In this document: positions 1-11,300 of the stretch, one piece after another
Numbering within the stretch: position 1 is the stretch's first letter
How the letters are laid out: each line of letters begins with the position of its first letter
Assembly (NCBI GenBank): GCA_964057225.1
Contig: OZ059894.1
Span: forward strand, 21,204,001 to 21,268,000
Direction: 5' to 3'
DNA from: Auanema rhodensis
Taxonomy: Eukaryota > Animalia > Nematoda
DNA: 64,000 nucleotides
Translations under genes and position numbers: made by a program
Notes under the pieces: generated by a model
The model's database searches: none
Told to the model about the DNA's origin: nothing
What the model saw: the letters and a program-made list of their open reading frames with translations, nothing else

Positions 1-105
1 AATAATTTAGCAAAAAGTAGATGTTTTTAGATTCCATTTTTCAAGGCAAAGACGATAGACAATGTTATTCAACGAAAAAATTAATTCTTCAGGGTGAAAA
101 TCGAG

Positions 106-127
106 GATATAAGTGTGAACTTATATC
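106..127 (+). other. Perfect 9-bp inverted repeat GATATAAGT-GTGA-ACTTATATC (present in nearly every monomer)
   Basis: 106-114 is the reverse complement of 119-127, with a 4-nt loop at 115-118. Confidence 0.9.
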
Positions 128-144
128 AGTTGATATCTCGGTGC

Positions 145-195
145 ATTTTTAAGCTAGCGCAAATCTGATAACACAGATCGACGCAGCTTAAAAAT
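145..195 (+). other. Multi-helix hairpin in each monomer: 11-bp ATTTTTAAGCT/AGCTTAAAAAT, plus GCG/CGC and ATCTG/CAGAT, loop ATAACA
   Basis: 145-155 pairs with 185-195, 157-159 with 182-184, and 163-167 with 174-178. Confidence 0.88.
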
Positions 196-278
196 CCGCA
201 TCGAATGCCTTATACTACATTGAGAAACGCTTAATACAAAAATTAGTTATGATCGTTTGAAAAATGATGCATTAGTGT

Positions 279-306
279 ATGTTGAGTTTCCATGTACACT
301 CAACAT
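279..306 (+). other. Perfect 9-bp inverted repeat ATGTTGAGT-(10 nt)-ACTCAACAT in each monomer
   Basis: 279-287 is the reverse complement of 298-306. Confidence 0.88.
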
Positions 307-319
307 TGCTTCCAAAAAC

Positions 320-354
320 ATTTTGACAAAAATTTTTTCGAAAAATTTCAAAAT
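320..354. other. A/T-tract palindrome TTTTTCGAAAAA flanked by ATTTTGA/TCAAAAT
   Basis: 334-345 is a perfect 12-bp palindrome, and 320-326 pairs with 348-354. Confidence 0.85.
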
Positions 355-2399
355 AATTTAGCAAAAAGTAGATGTTTTTAGATTCCTGTTTTTAAGGCAA
401 AGACGATGGACAATTTTATTCAACGAAAAAATTAATTCTTCAGGGTGAAAATCGAGGATATAAGTGTGAACTTATATCAGTTGATATCTCGGTGCATTTT
501 TAAGCTAGCGCAAATCTGATAACACAGATCGACGCAGCTTAAAAATCCGCATTGAATGCACTATACTACATTGAGAAACGTTTGATACAAAAATTAGTTA
601 TGATCGTTTGAAAAATGATGCATTAGTGTATGTTGAGTTTCCATGTACACTCAACATTGCTTCCAAAAACATTTTGACAAAAATTTTTTCGAAAAATTTC
701 AAAATAATTTAGCAAAAAGTAGATGTTTTTAGATTCCTTTTTTCAAGGCAAAGACGATGGACAATGTTATTCAACGAAAAAATTAATTCTTCAGGGTGAA
801 AATCGAAGATATAAGTGTGAACTTACATCAGTTGATATCTCGGTGCATTTTTAAGCTAGCGCAAATCTGATAACACAGATCGACGCAGCTTAAAAATCCG
901 CATCGAATGCACTATACTACATTGAGAAACGCTTAATACAAAAATTAGTTTTGATCGTTTGAAAAATGATGCATTAGTGTATGTTGAGTTTCCATGTACA
1001 CTCAACATTGCTTCCAAAAACATTTTGACAAAAATTTTTTCGAAAAATTTATAAATAATTTAGCAAAAAGTAGATGTTTTTAGATTCCTGTTTTTAAGGC
1101 AAAGACGATGGACAATGTTATTCAACGAAAAAATTAATTCTTCAGGGTGAAAATCGAGGATATAAGTGTGAACTTATATCAGTTGATATCTCGGTGCATT
1201 TTTAAGCTAGCGCAAATCTGATAACACAGATCGACGCAGCTTAAAAATCCGCATCGAATGCACTATACTACATTGAGAAACGCTTGATAAAAAAATTAGT
1301 TATGTTCGTTTGAAAAATGATGCATTAGTGTATGTTGAGTTTCCATGTACACTCAACATTGCTTCCAAAAACATTTTGACAAAAATTTTTTCGAAAAATT
1401 TCAAAATAATTTAGCAAAAAGTAGATGTTTTTAGATTCCTTTTTTTAAGGCAAAGACGATGGACAATGTTATTCAACGAAAAAATTAATTCTTCAGGGTG
1501 AAAATCGAGGATATAAGTGTGAACTTATATCAGTTGATATCTCGGTGCATTTTTAAGCTAGCGCAAATCTGATAACACAGATCGACGCAGCTTAAAAATC
1601 CGCATCGAATGCACTATACTACATCAAGAAACGCTTGATACAAAAATTAGTTATGATCGTTTGAAAAATGATGCATTAGTGTATGTTGAGTTTCCATGTA
1701 CACTCAACATTGCTTCCAAAAACATTTTGACAAAAATTTTTTCGAAAAATTTCAAAATAATTTAGCAAAAAGTAGATGTTTTTAGATTCCATTTTTCAAG
1801 GCAAAGACGATAGACAATGTTATTCAACGAAAAAATTAATTCTTCAGGGTGAAAATCGAAGATATAAGTGTGAACTTACATCAGTTGATATCTCGGTGCA
1901 TTTTTAAGCTAGCGCAAATCTGATAACACAGATCGACGCAGCTTAAAAATCCGCATCGAATGCACTATACTACATTGAGAAACGCTTGATAAAAAAATTA
2001 GTTATGTTCGTTTGAAAAATGATGCATTAGTGTATGTTGAGTTTCCATGTACACTCAACATTGCTTCCAAAAACATTTTGACAAAAATTTTTTCGAAAAA
2101 TTTCAAAATAATTTAGCAAAAAGTAGATGTTTTTAGATTCCTTTTTTTAAGGCAAAGACGATGGACAATGTTATTCAACGAAAAAATTAATTCTTCAGGG
2201 TGAAAATCGAGGATATAAGTGTGAACTTATATCAGTTGATATCTCGGTGCATTTTTAAGCTAGCGCAAATCTGATAACACAGATCGACGCAGCTTAAAAA
2301 TCCGCATCGAATGCACTATACTACATCAAGAAACGCTTGATACAAAAATTAGTTATGATCGTTTGAAAAATGATGCATTAGTGTATGTTGAGTTTCCAT

Positions 2400-5300
2400 G
2401 TACACTCAACATTGCTTCCAAAAACATTTTGACAAAAAATTTTTCGAAAAATTTCAAAATAATTTAGCAAAAAGTAGATGTTTTTAGATTCCTTTTTTCA
2501 AGGCAAAGACGATGGACAATGTTATTCAACGAAAAAATTAATTCTTCAGGGTGAAAATCGAGGATATAAGTGTGAACTTATATCAGTTGATATCTCGGTG
2601 CATTTTTAAGCTAGCGCAAATCTGATAACACAGATCGACGCAGCTTAAAAATCCGCATCGAATGCACTATACTACATCAAGAAACGCTTAATACACAAAT
2701 TAGTTATGATCGTTTGAAAAATGATGCATTAGTGTATGTTGAGTTTCCATGTACACTCAACATTGCTTCCAAAAACATTTTGACAAAAATTTTTTCGAAA
2801 AATTTCAAAATAATTTAGCAAAAAGTAGATGTTTTTAGATTCCATTTTTCAAGGCAAAGACGATAGACAATGCTATTCAACGAAAAAATTAATTCTTCAG
2901 GGTGAAAATCGAGGATATAAGTGTGAACTTATATCAGTTGATATCTCGGTGCATTTTTAAGCTAGCGCAAATCTGATAACACAGATCGACGCAGCTTAAA
3001 AATCCGCATCGAATGCACTATACTACATCAAGAAACGCTTGATACAAAAATTAGTTATGATCGTTTGAAAAATGATGCATTAGTGTATGTTGAGTTTCCA
3101 TGTACACTCAACATTGCTTCCAAAAACATTTTGACAAAAATTTTTTCGAAAAATTTCAAAATAATTTAGCAAAAAGTAGATGTTTTTAGATTCCTTTTTT
3201 TAAGGCAAAGACGATGGACAATGTTATTCAACGAAAAAATTAATTCTTCAGGGTGAAAATCGAGGATATAAGTGTGAACTTATATCAGTTGATATCTCGG
3301 TGCATTTTTAAGCTAGCGCAAATCTGATAACACAGATCGACGCAGCTTAAAAATCCGCATCGAATGCACTATACTACATTGAGAAACGCTTAATACAAAA
3401 ATTAGTTATGATCGTTTGAAAAATGATGCATTAGTGTATGTTGAGTTTCCATGTACACTCAACATTGCTTCCAAAAACATTTTGACAAAAATTTTTTCGA
3501 AAAATTTCAAAATAATTTAGCAAAAAGTAGATGTTTTTAGATTTTTTTTTTCAAGGCAAAGACGATAGACAATGTTATTCAACGAAAAAATTAATTCTTC
3601 AGGGTGAAAATCGAGGATATAAGTGTAAACTTATATCAGTTGATATCTCGGTGCATTTTTAAGCTAGCGCAAATCTGATAACACAGATCGACGCAGCTTA
3701 AAAATCCGCATCGAATGCACTATACTACATTGAGAAACGCTTAATACAAAAATTAGTTATGATCGTTTGAAAAATGATGCATTAGTGTATGTTGAGTTTC
3801 CATGTACACTCAACATTGCTTCCAAAAACATTTTGACAAAAATTTTTTCGAAAAATTTCAGAATAATTCAGCAAAAAGTAGATGTTTTTAGATTCCTTTT
3901 TCCAAGGCAAAGACGATGGACAATGTTATTCAACGAAAAAATTAATTCTTCAGGGTGAAAATCGAGGATATAAGTGTGAACTTATATCAGTTGATATCTC
4001 GGTGCATTTTTAAGCTAGCGCAAATCTGATAACACAGATCGACGCAGCTTAAAAATCCGCATCGAATGCACTATACTACATTGAGAAACGCTTAATACAA
4101 AAATTAGTTATGATCGTTTGAAAAATGATGCATTAGTGTATGTTGAGTTTGCATGTACACTCAACATTGCTTCCAAAAACATTTTGACAAAAATTTTTTC
4201 GAAAAATTTCAAAATAATTTAGCAAAAAGTAGATGTTTTTAGATTTTTTTTTTCAAGGCAAAGACGATGGACAATGTTATTCAACGAAAAAATTAATTCT
4301 TCAGGGTGAAAATCGAGGATATAAGTGTAAACTTATATCAGTTGATATCTCGGTGCATTTTTAAGCTAGCGCAAATCTGATAACACAGATCGACGCAGCT
4401 TAAAAATCCGCATCGAATGCACTATACTACATTGAGAAACGCTTAATACAAAAATTAGTTATGATCGTTTGAAAAATGATGCATTAGTGTATGTTGAGTT
4501 TCCATGTACACTCAACATTGCTTCCAAAAACATTTTGACAAAAATTTTTTCGAAAAATTTCAGAATAATTCAGCAAAAAGTAGATGTTTTTAGATTCCTT
4601 TTTCCAAGGCAAAGACGATGGACAATGTTATTCAACGAAAAAATTAATTCTTCAGGGTGAAAATCGAGGATATAAGTGTGAACTTATATCAGTTGATATC
4701 TCGGTGCATTTTTAAGCTAGCGCAAATCTGATAACACAGATCGACGCAGCTTAAAAATCCGCATCGAATGCACTATACTACATTGAGAAACGTTTGATAC
4801 AAAAATTAGTTATGATCGTTTGAAAAATGATGCATTAGTGTATGTTGAGTTTCCATGTACACTCAACATTGCTTCCAAAAACATTTTGACAAAAATTTTT
4901 TCGAAAAATTTCAAAATAATTTAGCAAAAAGTAGATGTTTTTAGATTCCTTTTTTTAAGGCAAAGACGATGGACAATGTTATTCAACGAAAAAATTAATT
5001 CTTCAGGGTGAAAATCGAGGATATAAGTGTGAACTTATATCAGTTGATATCTCGGTGCATTTTTAAGCTAGCGCAAATCTGATAACACAGATCGACGCAG
5101 CTTAAAAATCCGCATCGAATGCACTATACTACATCAAGAAACGCTTGATACAAAAATTAGTTATGATCGTTTGAAAAATGATGCATTAGTGTATGTTGAG
5201 TTTCCATGTACACTCAACATTGCTTCCAAAAACATTTTGACAAAAATTTTTTCGAAAAATTTCAAAATAATTTAGCAAAAAGTAGATGTTTTTAGATTCC

Positions 5301-8300
5301 ATTTTTCAAGGCAAAGACGATAGACAATGTTATTCAACGAAAAAATTAATTCTTCAGGGTGAAAATCGAGGATATAAGTGTAAACTTATATCAGTTGATA
5401 TCTCGGTGCATTTTTAAGCTAGCGCAAATCTGATAACACAGATCGACGCAGCTTAAAAATCCGCATCGAATGCACTATACTACATTGAGAAACGCTTAAT
5501 ACAAAAATTAGTTATGATCGTTTGAAAAATGATGCATTAGTGTATGTTGAGTTTCCATGTACACTCAACATTGCTTCCAAAAACATTTTGACAAAAATTT
5601 TTTCGAAAAATTTCAGAATAATTCAGCAAAAAGTAGATGTTTTTAGATTCCTTTTTCCAAGGCAAAGACGATGGACAATGTTATTCAACGAAAAAATTAA
5701 TTCTTCAGGGTGAAAATCGAGGATATAAGTGTGAACTTATATCAGTTGATATCTCGGTGCATTTTTAAGCTAGCGCAAATCTGATAACACAGATCGACGC
5801 AGCTTAAAAATCCGCATCGAATGCACTATACTACATTGAGAAACGTTTGATACAAAAATTAGTTATGATCGTTTGAAAAATGATGCATTAGTGTATGTTG
5901 AGTTTCCATGTACACTCAACATTGCTTCCAAAAACATTTTGACAAAAAATTTTTCGAAAAATTTCAAAATAATTTAGCAAAAAGTAGATGTTTTTAGATT
6001 CCTTTTTTTAAGGCAAAGACGATGGACAATGTTATTCAACGAAAAAATTAATTCTTCAGGGTGAAAATCGAGGATATAAGTGTGAACTTATATCAGTTGA
6101 TATCTCGGTGCATTTTTAAGCTAGCGCAAATCTGATAACACAGATCGACGCAGCTTAAAAATCCGCATCGAATGCACTATACTACATTGAGAAACGCTTA
6201 ATACACAAATTAGTTATGATCGTTTGAAAAATGATGCATTAGTGTATGTTGAGTTTCCATGTACACTCAACATTGCTTCCAAAAACATTTTGACAAAAAA
6301 TTTTTCGAAAAATTTCAAAATAATTTAGCAAAAAGTAGATGTTTTTAGATTCCTTTTTTCAAGGCAAAGACGATGGACAATGTTATTCAACGAAAAAATT
6401 ATATCTTCAGGGTGAAAATCGAGGATATAAGTGTGAACTTATATCAGTTGATATCTCGGTGCATTTTTAAGCTAGCGCAAATCTGATAACACAGATCGAC
6501 GCAGCTTAAAAATCCGCATCGAATGCACTATACTACATCAAGAAACGCTTAATACACAAATTAGTTATGATCGTTTGAAAAATGATGCATTAGTGTATGT
6601 TGAGTTTCCATGTACACTCAACATTGCTTCCAAAAACATTTTGACAAAAATTTTTTCGAAAAATTTCAAAATAATTTAGCAAAAAGTAGATGTTTTTAGA
6701 TTCCATTTTTCAAGGCAAAGACGATAGACAATGTTATTCAACGAAAAAATTAATTCTTCAGGGTGAAAATCGAGGATATAAGTGTGAACTTATATCAGTT
6801 GATATCTCGGTGCATTTTTAAGCTAGCGCAAATCTGATAACACAGATCGACGCAGCTTAAAAATCCGCATCGAATGCACTATACTACATCAAGAAACGCT
6901 TGATACAAAAATTAGTTATGATCGTTTGAAAAATGATGCATTAGTGTATGTTGAGTTTCCATGTACACTCAACATTGCTTCCAAAAACATTTTGACAAAA
7001 ATTTTTTCGAAAAATTTCAAAATAATTTAGCAAAAAGTAGATGTTTTTAGATTCCTTTTTTTAAGGCAAAGACGATGGACAATGTTATTCAACGAAAAAA
7101 TTAATTCTTCAGGGTGAAAATCGAGGATATAAGTGTGAACTTATATCAGTTGATATCTCGGTGCATTTTTAAGCTAGCGCAAATCTGATAACACAGATCG
7201 ACGCAGCTTAAAAATCCGCATCGAATGCACTATACTACATTGAGAAACGCTTAATACAAAAATTAGTTATGATCGTTTGAAAAATGATGCATTAGTGTAT
7301 GTTGAGTTTCCATGTACACTCAACATTGCTTCCAAAAACATTTTGACAAAAATTTTTTCGAAAAATTTCAAAATAATTTAGCAAAAAGTAGATGTTTTTA
7401 GATTTTTTTTTTCAAGGCAAAGACGATAGACAATGTTATTCAACGAAAAAATTAATTCTTCAGGGTGAAAATCGAGGATATAAGTGTAAACTTATATCAG
7501 TTGATATCTCGGTGCATTTTTAAGCTAGCGCAAATCTGATAACACAGATCGACGCAGCTTAAAAATCCGCATCGAATGCACTATACTACATTGAGAAACG
7601 CTTAATACAAAAATTAGTTATGATCGTTTGAAAAATGATGCATTAGTGTATGTTGAGTTTCCATGTACACTCAACATTGCTTCCAAAAACATTTTGACAA
7701 AAATTTTTTCGAAAAATTTCAGAATAATTCAGCAAAAAGTAGATGTTTTTAGATTCCTTTTTCCAAGGCAAAGACGATGGACAATGTTATTCAACGAAAA
7801 AATTAATTCTTCAGGGTGAAAATCGAGGATATAAGTGTGAACTTATATCAGTTGATATCTCGGTGCATTTTTAAGCTAGCGCAAATCTGATAACACAGAT
7901 CGACGCAGCTTAAAAATCCGCATCGAATGCACTATACTACATTGAGAAACGCTTAATACAAAAATTAGTTATGATCGTTTGAAAAATGATGCATTAGTGT
8001 ATGTTGAGTTTGCATGTACACTCAACATTGCTTCCAAAAACATTTTGACAAAAATTTTTTCGAAAAATTTCAAAATAATTTAGCAAAAAGTAGATGTTTT
8101 TAGATTTTTTTTTTCAAGGCAAAGACGATGGACAATGTTATTCAACGAAAAAATTAATTCTTCAGGGTGAAAATCGAGGATATAAGTGTAAACTTATATC
8201 AGTTGATATCTCGGTGCATTTTTAAGCTAGCGCAAATCTGATAACACAGATCGACGCAGCTTAAAAATCCGCATCGAATGCACTATACTACATTGAGAAA

Positions 8301-11300
8301 CGCTTAATACAAAAATTAGTTATGATCGTTTGAAAAATGATGCATTAGTGTATGTTGAGTTTCCATGTACACTCAACATTGCTTCCAAAAACATTTTGAC
8401 AAAAATTTTTTCGAAAAATTTCAGAATAATTCAGCAAAAAGTAGATGTTTTTAGATTCCTTTTTCCAAGGCAAAGACGATGGACAATGTTATTCAACGAA
8501 AAAATTAATTCTTCAGGGTGAAAATCGAGGATATAAGTGTGAACTTATATCAGTTGATATCTCGGTGCATTTTTAAGCTAGCGCAAATCTGATAACACAG
8601 ATCGACGCAGCTTAAAAATCCGCATCGAATGCACTATACTACATTGAGAAACGTTTGATACAAAAATTAGTTATGATCGTTTGAAAAATGATGCATTAGT
8701 GTATGTTGAGTTTCCATGTACACTCAACATTGCTTCCAAAAACATTTTGACAAAAATTTTTTCGAAAAATTTCAAAATAATTTAGCAAAAAGTAGATGTT
8801 TTTAGATTCCTTTTTTTAAGGCAAAGACGATGGACAATGTTATTCAACGAAAAAATTAATTCTTCAGGGTGAAAATCGAGGATATAAGTGTGAACTTATA
8901 TCAGTTGATATCTCGGTGCATTTTTAAGCTAGCGCAAATCTGATAACACAGATCGACGCAGCTTAAAAATCCGCATCGAATGCACTATACTACATCAAGA
9001 AAAGCTTGATACACAAATTAGTTATGATCGTTTGAAAAATGATGCATTAGTGTATGTTGAGTTTCCATGTACACTCAACATTGCTTCCAAAAACATTTTG
9101 ACAAAAATTTTTTCGAAAAATTTCAAAATAATTTAGCAAAAAGTAGATGTTTTTAGATTCCATTTTTCAAGGCAAAGACGATAGACAATGTTATTCAACG
9201 AAAAAATTAATTCTTCAGGGTGAAAATCGAGGATATAAGTGTGAACTTATATCAGTTGATATCTCGGTGCATTTTTAAGCTAGCGCAAATCTGATAACAC
9301 AGATCGACGCAGCTTAAAAATCCGCATCGAATGCACTATACTACATCAAGAAACGCTTGATACAAAAATTAGTTATGATCGTTTGAAAAATGATGCATTA
9401 GTGTATGTTGAGTTTCCATGTACACTCAACATTGCTTCCAAAAACATTTTGACAAAAATTTTTTCGAAAAATTTCAAAATAATTTAGCAAAAAGTAGATG
9501 TTTTTAGATTTTTTTTTTCAAGGCAAAGACGATAGACAATGTTATTCAACGAAAAAATTAATTCTTCAGGGTGAAAATCGAGGATATAAGTGTAAACTTA
9601 TATCAGTTGATATCTCGGTGCATTTTTAAGCTAGCGCAAATCTGATAACACAGATCGACGCAGCTTAAAAATCCGCATCGAATGCACTATACTACATTGA
9701 GAAACGCTTAATACACAAATTAGTTATGATCGTTTGAAAAATGATGCATTAGTGTATGTTGAGTTTCCATGTACACTCAACATTGCTTCCAAAAACATTT
9801 TGACAAAAATTTTTTCGAAAAATTTCAGAATAATTCAGCAAAAAGTAGATGTTTTTAGATTCCTTTTTCCAAGGCAAAGACGATGGACAATGTTATTCAA
9901 CGAAAAAATTAATTCTTCAGGGTGAAAATCGAGGATATAAGTGTGAACTTATATCAGTTGATATCTCGGTGCATTTTTAAGCTAGCGCAAATCTGATAAA
10001 ACAGATCGACGCAGCTTAAAAATCCGCATCGAATGCACTATACTACATTGAGAAACGTTTGATACAAAAATTAGTTATGATCGTTTGAAAAATGATGCAT
10101 TAGTGTATGTTGAGTTTCCATGTACACTCAACATTGCTTCCAAAAACATTTTGACAAAAATTTTTTCGAAAAATTTCAAAATAATTTAGCAAAAAGTAGA
10201 TGTTTTTAGATTCCTTTTTTTAAGGCAAAGACGATGGACAATGTTATTCAACGAAAAAATTAATTCTTCAGGGTGAAAATCGAGGATATAAGTGTGAACT
10301 TATATCAGTTGATATCTCGGTGCATTTTTAAGCTAGCGCAAATCTGATAACACAGATCGACGCAGCTTAAAAATCCGCATCGAATGCACTATACTACATT
10401 GAGAAACGCTTAATACACAAATTAGTTATGATCGTTTGAAAAATGATGCATTAGTGTATGTTGAGTTTCCATGTACACTCAACATTGCTTCCAAAAACAT
10501 TTTGACAAAAATTTTTTCGAAAAATTTCAAAATAATTTAGCAAAAAGTAGATGTTTTTAGATTTCATTTTTCAAGGCAAAGACGATGGACAATGTTATTC
10601 AACGAAAAAATTAATTCTTCAGGGTGAAAATCGAGGATATAAGTGTGAACTTATATCAGTTGATATCTCGGTGCATTTTTAAGCTAGCGCAAATCTGATA
10701 ACACAGATCGACGCAGCTTAAAAATCCGCATCGAATGCACTATACTACATCAAGAAAAGCTTGATACACAAATTAGTTATGATCGTTTGAAAAATGATGC
10801 ATTAGTGTATGTTGAGTTTCCATGTACACTCAACATTGCTTCCAAAAACATTTTGACAAAAATTTTTTCGAAAAATTTCAAAATAATTTAGCAAAAAGTA
10901 GATGTTTTTAGATTTTTTTTTTCAAGGCAAAGACGATAGACAATGTTATTCAACGAAAAAATTAATTCTTCAGGGTGAAAATCGAGGATATAAGTGTAAA
11001 CTTATATCAGTTGATATCTCGGTGCATTTTTAAGCTAGCGCAAATCTGATAACACAGATCGACGCAGCTTAAAAATCCGCATCGAATGCACTATACTACA
11101 TTGAGAAACGCTTAATACACAAATTAGTTATGATCGTTTGAAAAATGATGCATTAGTGTATGTTGAGTTTCCATGTACACTCAACATTGCTTCCAAAAAC
11201 ATTTTGACAAAAATTTTTTCGAAAAATTTCAGAATAGTTCAGCAAAAAGTAGATGTTTTTAGACTCCTTTTTCCAAGGCAAAGACGATGGACAATGTTAT

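Larger units (their letters stand above)
1..351. repeat. Reference monomer (arbitrary phase), about 31% GC, rich in A/T tracts, 12 CpG
   Basis: Hand count gives about 53 C and 56 G in 351 bp. Common polymorphic sites are at monomer positions 34-42, 57, 117, 165, 221-222, 230, 233, 237, 239 and 252. Confidence 0.97.

Noticed and set aside
40-102. Hammerhead ribozyme (minus-strand CTGAAGA from TCTTCAG at 86-92; plus-strand CTGATAA at 165-171 with GAAAC at 224-228)
   Set aside because: Some satellites do encode hammerheads, but I could not build stems I-III around either core. The minus-strand GAAA depends on a polymorphic base, and the plus-strand motif lacks the conserved G of CUGANGA. An Infernal/RNAMotif search on a dimer would settle it.
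106-306. Hairpins as rho-independent terminators or bacterial regulatory sites
   Set aside because: The stems are AT-rich with no following U-tract, there are no genes, and the context is satellite DNA.
1-351. 5S rDNA, tRNA, snRNA or spliced-leader tandem gene unit
   Set aside because: There is no recognisable 5S, tRNA, U snRNA or SL sequence, and no convincing Pol III A/B box.
1-351. Assignment to a named satellite (Drosophila 1.688/359-bp family or Tribolium 340-360-bp satellites)
   Set aside because: Only the length and AT-richness are similar. I do not recognise sequence identity and cannot run a search.
336-352. CENP-B box (TTCG....A..CGGG)
   Set aside because: TTCG and the A match, but the CGGG half is absent.
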